A stretch of DNA of 64,000 bases, taken from NCBI RefSeq assembly GCF_009914755.1, contig NC_060930.1; one strand, given 5' to 3'. Shown one piece after another: positions 30,791-56,819 of this stretch. The translations under genes were made by a program, and so were the position numbers. The notes beneath the pieces are model-generated. The model was not told the origin of the DNA and ran no database searches. It saw only the letters and a program-made list of their open reading frames with translations. The stretch's first letter is position 1, and each line of letters starts with the position of its first letter. The DNA is from the human T2T-CHM13v2.0 reference genome, Homo sapiens.

Positions 30791-31852
30791 ATACATACTT
30801 TGTTCTGACTTTGTGTGCCCTTACTCTTTCCTCAGGTGCACGCTTGGGCTCGTTACTGCTCAGAATTTTAGAATCACAGATCCAGCAGTGATCAGGCAGC
30901 TGCAGCTGTCAGGGACCACCACCACCTACGCGATTGATCCGTGGGAGAAGCCGTCCTACTCTTTTCTTTCTCCTTTGTCCTTCTCATTCCTGACCCCTTC
31001 AGGATTCTCAGTCTTCCCTCCGGGAGGTAGGGATTCTACGGAGAGAGAAGGGTTGTGGGGCTTGTTCTGTTGCGGGTTCAAACCCAAATTGTCTTTTTCT
31101 TTTCAGACTTTTGGCCAGTCTTGTCTCGCTCCAACCTCCTACCCCCACCCCATTCCTCAGTGCATTCGTGAATTTCTCCAAGCAGGCCTTTCCAGATCGA
31201 CACTAAGTTCCAATCCCGAGCTGTGTGACCCAGCACCAATTCAGTCATGATGATGACTTGCAATTGCTTAATCAGTTGGCCTTTCCTCCTAGCTGTGAAG
31301 GTGAGGACCGCCGGTGTCAGCGTTCGTCCTGAATACTCAGTGCCCAGGCACAGAGTAGGCATTCAGTCAATACTTGTTGAACGGGTTAATGGATTCCTGA
31401 TGTTCACTGGTTGATATCGTCACTTTCAAATAATTTCTCCCATTTTTCTGTTTTGTTTTCACCCTCCTAGTTTACCGTGCAGGATTGCAAACACCAGAGA
31501 GAAAATCAGTCTCTGGAATGATGCCTTTGATGGACCAAGATGCAGCTGATGAAGCATTGAACCAATTAGCACCTAGCAGGAGGGCACCCTTGCTCTGTGT
31601 CCTTGAAGGTTAAAGCTGTCAAAAAGTGGTCTCCCTCAAGTTCGGCCATCTTGCTCTCAGAGATCTAGAACTGGTAGGAGAATATAGCCTTGATAGTGGA
31701 GAGGAAACTATTGCTGTTGTGAGGGACTGAGAGAACCAGGCAGAGAGCCCAGATTGACACAGCAGGTGACAAAAGAGGCGCGCCTACCTTGGGGAATACG
31801 GAGGAACAGAGGAAAGTGAGACCAGGAGAAAGAGCAGGGGGGCGGGTGTGCA

Positions 31853-32145
31853 GGCCGGGCGCCGTGGCTCACGCCTGTAATCCCAGCACTTTGGGAGGCC
31901 AAGGCAGGCGGATCACAAGGTCAGGAGTTCGAGACCAGCCTGGCCAATATGGTGAAACCCTGTCTCTACTAAAAATACAAAAATTAGCTGGGCGTGGTGG
32001 CGAATGCCTGTAGTCCCAGCTACTCGGAAGGCTGAGGCAGGAGAATCGCTTGAACCCGGAACCCGGGAGGCAGAGGTTGCAGTGAGCCGAGATGGCGCCA
32101 TTGCACTCTAGCCTGGGCGACGGACTGAGACTTCGTCTCAAAAAA
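31853..32145 (+). mobile_element. AluS
   Basis: Full sense Alu. Confidence 0.92.
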
Positions 32146-32282
32146 GGGAGTGACTGTGTTGCTTTTGCTTTCTTGGAAATCTTTTTTCTTAGTAATTTTC
32201 CTAAAGTAATTTCCTTAGGAAATAATGTATTGCTAAGAGTATTGCAACTTTTAGTATTGACGAGGTACTTTTACTGAATCAG

Positions 32283-32505
32283 TATAAGTCAACAAGCAAC
32301 CACCAGAAGCTGGAAAAGGCCAGGATAGGATTTTACTCTAAAGTTTCTAGAGGGAGCTGGACGCAGCCCACACCTTGATTTTGGCCCACATACTGATTGT
32401 GGATTTCTGGCCTTCAGAAATACATATCTGTTGTAAGAGAATACATATCTGTTGTTTTTAGACAGTTTCTGATAATTTGTTACAGTAACCACAGGAAATT
32501 AACAC
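32283..32505 (+). mobile_element. MLT1 LTR 3' part
   Basis: CACCAGAAGCTGGAA..GGC.AGGA and TAATTTGTTACAG.A.CCACAGGAAA.TAACA motifs. Confidence 0.65.
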
Positions 32506-32562
32506 CAGGCACTATGCAGTAAATTCCGTATGAACAACTCAAGTATAAGAATTTGTAAGACA

Positions 32563-32930
32563 GCCGGGCGCGGTGGCTCACGCCTGTAATCCCAGCACTT
32601 TGGGAGGCGCGGTGGCTCACGCCTGTAATCCCAGCACTTTGGGAGGCGCGGTGGCTCACGCCTGTAATCCCAGCACTTTGGGAGGCCGAGGCGGGCGGAT
32701 CACCTGAGGTCGGGAGTTCCAGACCAGCCTGACCAACATGGAGAAACCCCCATCTCTACTAAAAATACAAAATTAGCCGGGCTTGGTAGCGCATGCCTGT
32801 GATCCCAGCTACTCGGGAGGCTGAGGCGGGAGAATTGCTTGAACCTGGGAGGCGGAGGTTGCGGTGAGTCGAGATCGCGATATTGGACTCTAGCCAACTC
32901 CATCTCCAAAAAAAAAAAAAAAAAAAAAGA
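32563..32930 (+). mobile_element. Alu with a perfect 3 x 39-bp tandem repeat of its 5' end
   Basis: Units at 32567-32605, 32606-32644 and 32645-32683; TSD AAGAATT..TAAGACAGC. Confidence 0.95.
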
Positions 32931-33119
32931 ATTCTAAGACAGCATAGTTTCCACTGGCATATTGGATAAAAACTTCCGTCAGCAGTGATTTTAATGAAGA
33001 TGAATGACAAAACAATAAGAAACTCCAGCGCTAGTTAACTTTCTTTATTATGATCTTATTTGTCATAATTTTTTGCACAATGCGTTTTTATTTTAGGACT
33101 CAGTCAAAATTTTGGGCCA

Positions 33120-33900
33120 AGGAGACCGACGCGCTGTCGCCTGCACTAAGAGAAACGCAACGAACAACTTTGTCAATGCATTGCATTATACTATAGCAGC
33201 AACTATACTTTTAAATGATTCGAATCTTGAGGTTTCAAACTGAACCGTCTTGTGCCTTTTGCCCGGCGGGCATTTCTGCGGGGACCGCGGGTCACCTTCT
33301 GAATTTTTACCTTCATAAACAGCAAGGACTGCGCTCTTTCGCACGGCGCCCCGTTTTTTCGTAGAGTTCCGTCGGCCAAAACCACTTGAAACTCGCTCAG
33401 CGGCGTCGGGGCTCCAGCCAGGCGTCACCTTCCACGGCGAACCTGCGAACCACAGCGTCCCCTGGGGGTCTCCGTCCGCGTGGCCGCTTCCTCTTACATC
33501 GGTGACGCAAGGGAAGGGCGTCTAGGATCCGCCGGTTTCCTTCCTCACTGCTCCCATCAGCGCGAAAGCAACGTGTTGGGGGTTCGGGGTGTGTGGCGGC
33601 TGAACAGCTGCCTGAAGTTCTCTGATGGCGCTGGAGGGAGCTCCAGAGAAGAGGTCATGGGGAGAAGGCACACCTTAAACGCCCCGGGGTTGGGGGGGGG
33701 GGGCGACATTCCCTAATGGGAAAAAAGACACACCTTAAACGCAGTAGAGGGCGACATTCTCTACTAGGGAAAATGCGGAAGAACACAGTTGTAATCAACG
33801 GTAGCGTGGCCGAGCGGTCTAAGGCGCTGGATTAAGGCTCCAGTCTCTTCGGGGGCGTGGGTTCAAATCCCACCGCTGCCAAGTACTTTTCATTCTCACT
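33120..33900. promoter_or_regulatory. CpG island upstream of and including tRNA-Leu
   Basis: High GC and CpG density in non-repeat sequence. Confidence 0.75.
33800..33881 (+). tRNA. tRNA-Leu(AAG)
   Basis: 82-nt type II tRNA GGTAGCGTGGCCGAGCGGTCTAAGGCGCTGGATTAAGGCTCCAG..GGTTCAAATCCCACCGCTGCCA; T4 terminator at 33887-33890. Confidence 0.98.
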
Positions 33901-34117
33901 AGGGACTGTTTTTAGGAGAATCCCTTTCCAAATGTTCAGTATGAATGGTTCTTACGTATCAATCCCATTCTCCTCTTCGACTTCTGTTTACCACGGAGCC
34001 AGAGATAACCGTCCCCAGAACAATGTTCCCCCATTATTTAGAGGACAGTGTACTCCAGGCGCCTCAGATACAGCAATGAGTGACACAAGCAAAAAAACCC
34101 TTAATGGCACATACTTA

Positions 34118-39224
<5,107 letters not shown>

Positions 39225-39454
39225 TCTTATCTGTGATTTCTAAACCTGTTCTCTCCCTGCCTCCCTTTTCACTTTGAATCTTAGCAATCCTGATACAATA
39301 TGGAGAAGTACCATTCTAGCTTTATGTTAAAAAAATTGCTAAAAATGATTGGTGTTTATAAATTACAAACTGTTTTCTGCTGAACTGAGGTATAACTTCA
39401 TGTCGGAAAGATGTGGTGCACGCATATGGGAATTGCCTAGGAAAGCCTGAGCAC

Positions 39455-39615
39455 AGAATTTACTAGTTACGTGATCCTGGGCAAGTTTGTTAATCTTTCT
39501 GTGCCTCAAATTCCTGATCTCATAGGGATGTTGTATGGATTTAAAAAGTTTAAATGTGTAAATCCCTTAGAACAGTGCCTAGAACACAGCAAGCACTAAT
39601 AAGTGTTTATTAATA
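39455..39615 (+). mobile_element. MIR overlapping the ZNF311 3' end
   Basis: GTGA.CCTGGGCAAGTT..TAA.CT.TCTGTGCCTCA core and CTTAGAACAGTGCCT tail. Confidence 0.75.
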
Positions 39616-39806
39616 TTAGGAAGTGATTGATATACTCTTGGAAGTAAATGTGCTCACTGAAAAAATAGTGAATAAGAAGGTAAAGCACAATGTCTTTGGG
39701 GAATCTCACAATTAAGGGTCAGGAAATCAGGAATAACTAATATAAGAGACAGAAGGACCAGCCTAAGAGGTAGGAAAAACAGAAAGTAACACCAGAATCG
39801 TTATAC

Positions 39807-48761
<8,955 letters not shown>

Positions 48762-49129
48762 CTTTTTACTCAGGTTTCTTTAACAGTCTTCCACTGCTGT
48801 CCTGGTTTCTTCCTACTGGTCAGATCCAGTTCTCAAACAAGCTGTGAAGTGGCTCCAGTTGATGCCAGCCTCCTTTGGAGAACACATGTTTTGGTGGTGC
48901 CAGCCAAAGGGCCCTTCTTGACCCACAGTGCCGCTACTGTTTGGCTTAATGTGTCAAACACTGCCCTGGATTTGGGGTTCATTAGCAACACTAAACCGCT
49001 GTGATCTCACATCTTGTTTCCCTGCATATTTGGTGAAGGGAAAAGAGGAATGTGACCACAGGAAAAAATAGGGAGTCACTGAGAACCTGAGGCACGAAGT
49101 CAAACTGAAAATGTGAACATATCCAGAAT

Positions 49130-49960
49130 ACAATCTCAACGGCTACCACCCTTGTCTGAGCCACCATCACCTGCTATCTCCCCTCCTTTCCATTACTGCG
49201 GTAGTCTTCTAACTGGTCTCCTTTCTTCAATCCTTGCCTTCCTCCTTTCTTAATAGGGCAGTCTGAGTAGTCCGTTTACAACTTGAGTTGGATCATTTCA
49301 TCGCTCTGCTGAAAACTCTCCAGTGGTTCATACTTAAAATAAAACCTGAAGTCCTTACCGAGGTATACAAGGCCCTACTGAATGTGCCCGTGACTTCTAA
49401 CTTCCTCTCCTGCTCACCCAAAATAAGAGCTGAAGTCTTAAGAGTGGCATACAAGTCTACAGGATGTGTCATTCTCAACACCTTCTACTCTTCTCCCACT
49501 CCCTCAATCTTCAGCCATACCGACCTTCCTTCTCTTTCATCTTAGGGCCTTTCCATTGGCTGCTCCCTTCACCTTAAGCGATCTCCATGGCTAATAATCT
49601 TGCCTCCTTCAAGTGTTTTCTTATAGGTCATCTTCCCAAGGAGGTCTACTCTGAGTGCCTTATTTAAAATTGCAGCCTATCCCCTCCTTCCAATCCTGAT
49701 GGGCCTTACCTTGCTTTACATGAATTCTTCTTTTCCTCTATAGCACTTTATAATTTTCCAGTATGGTGCATAAGTTACTTATTAATATATACATTGTTTA
49801 CGGTGGTTCTACCTTCGCTAAAATCTAGGCTCTTAGGCTCCATGAGGGCAGGAATTTTTGTCGTCTTGTTCACAGTTGTATTCTCAACGCCTAAAACAGC
49901 GCTTGCAATAGTATGTGCTGGATTAAAAATTAGCTGACTGAATGAATATATGAATGGATG
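49130..49960. mobile_element. L2 fragments
   Basis: ..CCATGAGGGCAGGAATTTTTGTC..TTGTTCAC and TGAATGAAT tail. Confidence 0.65.
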
Positions 49961-50039
49961 CTGTAGAGAAGAATAAAAAGAATGGGTCAGGAGGCGACAA
50001 GAGCAAGACTCCGGTCTCAAAAAAAAAAAAAAAAAATGG

Positions 50040-50460
50040 GTCACGAGCCCCTGGGAGGAGGTAGGGCAAATGGGCGGGAAATGCTCATTTTGGGGAATGG
50101 CTTCGAGGGAGGAAACCGCAGCCGACTCCCTCCTCAAATATGGCCCCAAAGACCCGCCCCTGCCTGCAACCCCAGGGGCCCGGGTATTTAGGTGAGGGGG
50201 GCGACGGCGGCACCGGACTCCTCTCCTCTCAGCTGCAAATTCCGACCCACGACGGCCCAAGGCACAGACCTTCCCGCCGGTACTCTCCCCAAGAAATGAG
50301 AAACAGAAATATACAGAAGCTCCACTTCCTAGTCCGCCAATTATCATTTCCGGTGATTTTCTAGGAAAGGCGTCAACTCTCTGGTCTAGGCGTTCCCTTA
50401 AACTCTCCGCCCTCCTCCTCGCGGCTCAGCCTTCTAGGAGTTTGCGTGCGTTTATGGCCT
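50040..50460 (-). promoter_or_regulatory. CpG-rich promoter / first-exon region of ZNF311
   Basis: CpG cluster upstream of the ATG exon with GC box (CCCGCCCC) and ETS-like CACTTCCT/TTTCCGG sites. Confidence 0.75.
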
Positions 50461-51616
50461 GTGCAAAGGGGTTGCAGAAATATTACCCTTTTGCTCCTTT
50501 TTTCCCATGTAGAGGAACCTCTAGATAGGAATGGACAGAAGTTTTGTGACAAATATATGAAAAAGTTACTTTTAAATATTAACTAAGAACACAAATAATT
50601 GAATGTCTTTTTCAAAAGTAAAGACTATTTTAAGCCTATGCAGAAGTCGAAAGAAGAGTATAATTAACCCATATATACCCATCATTTACATTTAAAAATA
50701 CATAAAATTCTGCCACACTTGTTTCATCCATCTCCATTTTTTCTTGCTGAAACGTTTTAAAGCAAACCCCAAATATCTTACTTTCAACTTCATTATGCAT
50801 TTATTTTAAAAAGGATATTTTCCTACAGAATCACAATACCATTATCCCATTTAACAAAATAATTCCTGGTTATCATCTAATACCAAGTCCATATTATATT
50901 TCCCTAAATATATACATATGCTTCTTACATTTGTTTTCTATTTCATTCAAGATCTAAAGTTCCAGTATTTAATTTGGGCATGTGTCTTAATTCTTTTAAA
51001 ATTCACATCTGAACTAGTTCCTCCTTCCATCCTCCTCTTCGTCTTCCCCTCATATAGTCAACTAATTGAACAAATTGGGACATTTGTCCTGAATGTTCTA
51101 CATGCTGGCTTTGTCTATTTGTGTCCCCATTTTATTAGTTTCTCTAGCCTCATATTTCCTGTAAAACTTGATGTTACCTCTAAAGGTTTGATTAGAGTTA
51201 GGTTTAACTTTGTTAGTAAGAATCCTTAGGTGGTGCTATGTACTTTTTGCCACACATCAGGAAGCATATAATGTTTTTGATGCTAAGATTGACCAGTGGG
51301 TTTAATACTTGATAGCTGAATCCTTCCATGTAAACTTTCCCACTGGCTTTTAATCTGATAGATTCAGCCACCCCATTTCATTAGAGTTTGTAAAATTGTA
51401 ATTTTTCTAATTCAATAATTTTTTCACATTTATTAGTTAGAACTCCTCTATAAAGAAAAACTTTCCTTCATCAATTTAGCAATTTAGGGCTATTTGGTTA
51501 TCCTGAAATGTAGTTTGTACAGGAAAGAAAGACTGTTTAATTTTCAACATAATTGCCAATTTTCAGAAAAAGCAGTTGTGCCTTAGGTGCCATCAATGGT
51601 AACCACCTTACAAAAT

Positions 51617-52430
51617 GTGATAGCCATCCTATAAAATGGCTAGCTGGGCCCTACTGTCCAGCATTCACATCCTTGTGTAGCCCCCTTCCACATTGTACCA
51701 GGGTTGGTTTGTGTGACTGAATGATCTGGTAAAAGTGATGCTATGTTTTTTTTTTTTGTTTGTTTGTTTGTTTTGTTTTTTGAGACAGAGTCTTGCTCTG
51801 TTGCCCAGGCTGGAGTGCAGTGGCGCGATCTTGGCTCACTGAAATCGCCACCTCCCGGGTTCAAGTGAGTCTCCTGCCTCGGTTTCCCAAGTAGCTGGGA
51901 CTATAGGCATGCATCAGCATGCCCAGCTAATTTTTATATTTTAGTAGAGATAGAGTTTCGCCATGTTGGCTGACTGGTCTTAAACTCCTGGCCTCAAGTG
52001 ATCTGCCCACCTTGGCCTCCCAAAGTGCTGGGATTACAGCCATGAGCCACCGCACCTGGCCGATGCTACATTATCTCTAATATTAGGTTATAAAATAATC
52101 TACGGCTTCTGTTTTGGTCTGTTTTTCTTTCGTAGATCACACACCCTTGGGAAAGCCAAATGCCATGTTGTAAGGAGAGGCCCAGGTGGTGAGGAACTGA
52201 AGCCTCCTGCCAGCAGACACATGAGTGAGTTTGGAAGTGGATCTTTCTACCTTAGTCAAGCTTTCAGATGACTGCAGCCCTGGTTGATGTCTTGGGTGCA
52301 ACCTTATGACATACGCAGGACCACCAGCCAAGCTGCTCCCAGATTTCTGGTCTTCAGAAGCTGGGGAATGGCTTTGAGGGAGGAAACTGCAACAGATGTT
52401 TGGTTCTAAGTTTTATAACTAATGCAAAAT
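51617..52430 (+). mobile_element. MLT1 LTR interrupted by an antisense Alu (about 51745-52061)
   Basis: GAGGAACTGAAGCCTCCTGCCAGCAG..GAGTGAG.TTGGAAGTGGATC motif; Alu TSD GATGCTA. Confidence 0.75.
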
Positions 52431-55079
52431 TTTGTTTTCTCTTTTTGTGCATCTAATGTGCACTAATGTAAAATCTTTTTGTGCAACTAATGCAAAATTT
52501 TGTTTTCTCTTTTTGTGCACAACATCAAGTGTTCTGCATCAGTTGATAACTAATGCAAAATTTTGTTTTCTCTTTTTGCATATCAATATGAACACATGGA
52601 TTTAAAAAAATACATTCAATGAGTCTCAATCAATTGCAGTAGTTATTCTTTTTAATGTTCAAATTATTTCATCTTTGGTCAGTGGGAGTCCCTTTATTTT
52701 ATCTCCTGTGTTCTTTTCATCCAACTCTAAGCGTCTTTGCTTTTTTCCTTTATGGCAAGATAAATGTTTCAGACACATGTCATACATTTCCTGCCTCAGA
52801 CCTGGAATCAGCCATTTTTCCAAGGTGTTCTGGTGCTTTCAGTGGGGGCAAGGATTGCATACCTTTGTGAATAGTCATGGTTAGCTGTTTTAAAAATGTA
52901 TCAAAATGAAATAAAATTTGCTTAATTATGAGATTAAATCCTGGCTACCCCACTCACAATGTGTGTGTATCATACCTTAGACCCACCCTAGTTTGCCTAT
53001 CTGCAAAATGGGTCCAGTGTAAATACCTAAATTTCAGAGCCGTTATAAGGATAAATTAGTTAATACGTGGAAATCACTTAACACATTGCCTGGCATCAAA
53101 TTTCATGATGAGAATAACTGCAAACCTGGAAGATACTATAATGGTAATGAGGTATACTTTCTTCATTTTATACTTGAGAAAATTGAGGCCCAAGAGATTA
53201 AAAACTTGTTTGTACAAAAGAGGATAAAATTAGAAGAGAATCTAATGATTTCAGACTCTTGGATCTCATACCTAGACTACTTTGGATATAAATGCAGCCT
53301 TTCCAGCCCAGTCGGGTCTTCTATTTATTCAAAGACAAAGGAGGTAAGAAAATACTTGGCACAGTAGCAATAAAGTGGTATTATGGGAAGTGCAGAAACT
53401 TTATATTGAGAAGATCTTGTTCCTGATTCTGCAACTTGTTAGCTATGATACTGTGAGCAAGTTACTTAATTTCTCTGTGTCTTAATTGCTGCATCTGTAA
53501 AATAGTGAAAACAAATCCCTTATGCACAAATTCATTGTGAGAGGGTTAATATACATATATTGTATATGAAAATGCCTGGCCATATTGCTTGCTGAATAAA
53601 AATCATTATACAAAAATAATTTCTTCAATCCCCCAATTTTATAAAATTTTATTCTCATCTAATGGAAATTGGCATTTTAAGTAGAATGATCCCTAAGGAT
53701 ACTAAGTCTATAATTTTGTAAAGGACTTTAGTGAATACTGTGCAAAGGCACTGTGCAAGGAGCTACAGGAGAGATGCTATGCGTGGTCATCTACCTTCCA
53801 GGCTGACTGGGTACAGTCTTTCTTCCCAATATTAATCTACTTAATAGTAATAATGTCCAGTTCACATATTTTTGTGCAATACATTCATGAAAGACTGCTA
53901 TACCCTTTGCTGTTATAAAGATACTTCCACAGTAGACTGTTAGCATATACTTTAATAATCTAGTTGGATTAAGAGACATTTATTTACATTATTTCCTCTA
54001 GGCTAACCACAATCGCTCATAAAACATCTCCTAAAATAATTAATACTGGAATTTTACCAGGGATCCATGTCAAATTTTTCACCCTGTTAATTCCACAGTT
54101 CACCTTCTTACTTTTTGAAAATTTGGATATTTGTCAGACTTGGGCATTTGTTGCACTACTCAAAAATGGGCTTCAGGGGTCCTGTGGCCAATCCTCCTGA
54201 ACTTTAGTATGCTTTAAGCTGGGCATGAAAACTTGTAGTTACTGTTTAACTACCTTCCTTATGTAAATGTTTGTCCTATCATTCTCAACTTGAAGGTCAC
54301 GACACTTGATGGAGATATGAAAGCCTGATAATGTTAAGTAATTTTATGGCCCTTCTGCCATCTGTCAAAATTACAAAATTCATTTCCTGGGGCTTTTGAA
54401 AAAAATAGCAAATATTTCAGGCATACTAAAGAGTAATATAAAGAACACTCAACATCTAGCTTAAGACATAAAAGATTATATACACAATTAAATCACCATG
54501 TCTACTCCTCACCAATTCCTTCCCCCTTCCTTCCCAGGTTAACTACTATCTTGATTTTGATGTTATTATTCCCATGCATGTTCACATATTTTTAGTACAT
54601 ACGTGGGTAGCCACAAATATTATATAGTATAATTTACATGTTTTACAAATTTTATACAAATAGTTTCAGTTTGTACATATCCTTTGAGCTCTAAATACTT
54701 GATTTCATTTTGGTTCAATATTTTTGGCAAGAATACATTATAGGGGTTACTATGTAATTTGTACTCAACTTTACATGTAGTTTTGAGATTTATCCTTCAT
54801 GAAAAATGTGGCTCTAGCTCATCCATTTTAACTGCCATAGACAGGTCTTTCCATTTTCCTTCCAATAATCTTTTTAATTAACCTGATTGTTTTTCAGTTC
54901 AACTCAGAACTTGCTAGCAAGTATTTTTTTTGTCTTTGATATTTCATTTAAAAAATATTGGCAATCTTTTTGAAATAATTGTTTTCTTGGAATTTTCCCT
55001 TCTAAAAGGGTAATTTCCCATAATTTTTGGTAGAAAGTTTATATTCTAATATGGGAAAGAACAATCTAAAAAGTATTTA

Positions 55080-55520
55080 CTATGGTACATAGAGGAAACT
55101 TAAATGCATATTATTAAGTGAAAGAAGCCAATTTGAAAAGGTTACATTCTGTATGATTTCAACTATATGACATTCTGGAAAAGGCAAAACTATGGAGACA
55201 GTAAAAAGATCATATATGTAGCATCTTAACCAAAGAAAAAAAAGTTCAGTGGTTGTCAGGGGTTGGAAGTGGAGAAGGATGACCAGGCCGAGCACAAAGG
55301 GTATTTTTAGGGCAGTGAAAATACTACGTATGATTATGTAATGGTGGATACATGCCACTATACATTTGTCCGGACTCCAGGTGATTGTCAATGTAGGTTC
55401 ACCCCTCCGGTTGGGGATGCTGAGAGTGAGAGAGCTACACATGTGTGGAGCAAGGAGTATGGGACATCTCTGTACTTTCAGCTCAATTTTGCTGTGAACC
55501 TAAAACTGCTCTAAAAGATA
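55080..55520 (+). mobile_element. L1MC-like 3'UTR
   Basis: GAAAAGGCAAAACTATGGAGACAGTAAAAAGATC..CAATTTTGCTGTGAACCTAAAACTGCTC. Confidence 0.7.
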
Positions 55521-56119
55521 AAATCTAGTAAAAAAAGTATTTATTACTTCCCCAAACTTTTAAATATATCTTTTGTGTTTAACCTTATTACTTACATAGA
55601 TGGAACAATTTTCTGTTCAAGGTTCTGCTCATAATCATTATATTGAAACATAACATGATAAAAATATATTATAGAAAAATACCATATATTGGAAATATAT
55701 TCTTGAAAATACAGAATACATTACTTATAACGTATGCTTGTTGGCCCTCATGATCCTAAAAGTTATAGCACATTTAAATGTATGTGACTTATGGTTCTTT
55801 TTAAAATAAAGCTACTGAGAACAGTCAAATGGTGATAGATCAGTCAAAGCTGCTTTGCGTCCATTTTGTTCAGACTCATTTCAATTCATTCTTCAACAAA
55901 TATTTCTAAAAGCAACTGTACTAAGAGCTTGGAATAACATGAATGTACAAAACGGTTAAAGATCTCTGCCCCGTGGAGCTTATATTCAAGTAATTCTAAT
56001 TGACTCGTGCTTTCATTTTCTTTGTTTTTCTCTTTGTATACTGAAGAGGATAAATTTCATATTCAAGCTAATCTGTTCCTCCCAAATGGTAACAGTGCAA
56101 CACTGGCCAAGCTGATTCA

Positions 56120-56600
56120 GACAGCACAGCTTCCCGGTGTCTGCAGGGCTGGACCAAAGAGAAGAGTCTTCCGCGGGTGCTAGAAAAGCGAAGCACGCGT
56201 TACCATGGAGACTGCGGAATGGAAAAGCGTTCGGTTTCTTGTTTCCTAGCCGCGAATGGGGTCGTGGTTCCTTCGACCTCGCCTGGGGAGAAAGGGGACG
56301 GAGGGCTTCGGGCTATACTTGGGCCACACAGCCGGGAAGCTGAGGCCGCGGGGCAGGTCTGCGTGGCGGCGTCGAGTCCGAGCGGGGAAGCCCCTTTGCG
56401 GGAACTCTGGGGCGGGGCGGGGCGGGGAGGTGGGTAGGGAGGGTCCCGCCAGCAGAGGCATCTTATTTTTAACCTCTTCTCGGCTGTTTTTCTCTCGTCC
56501 ATTTGCTCTCCTCCTTTAAGCCATCCTTTAATATTAAACATTAAAAAATATATTTGGCAAACATTTGAATAGAGCGCGCTTATTCTGGGTCAGGTGTCGT
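56120..56600. promoter_or_regulatory. Orphan CpG island with an RFX X-box and tandem GC boxes
   Basis: GTTACCATGGAGAC at 56199-56212; GGGGCGGGGCGGGGCGGGG at about 56409-56427. Confidence 0.7.
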
Positions 56601-56819
56601 TTTAAATGCTTTATGTGTGCTAACTCATTTAATTCTCAAACAATCCAATGGGGTAAGTATTATCATTATCCCAATTTTTAGATAGGTCTGGAGAAGATAA
56701 TAAACTTGCCAACAGTGTCACAGCTGGTAAGTTGAGGGTGGGAAACCCCGGCCTAACACATATATTTTCTTTTTATGTTCTGTAAGGATTGGGATCCTTT
56801 TCATTTTATTAGACAGAAA

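Noticed and set aside
30800-32300. Possible HLA-complex-group lncRNA exons recalled for this interval
   Set aside because: Exon structure cannot be supported from the sequence alone.
33217-33226. GATTCGAATC palindrome resembling a B-box
   Set aside because: No cloverleaf or A-box context, so it is not a tRNA remnant I can support.
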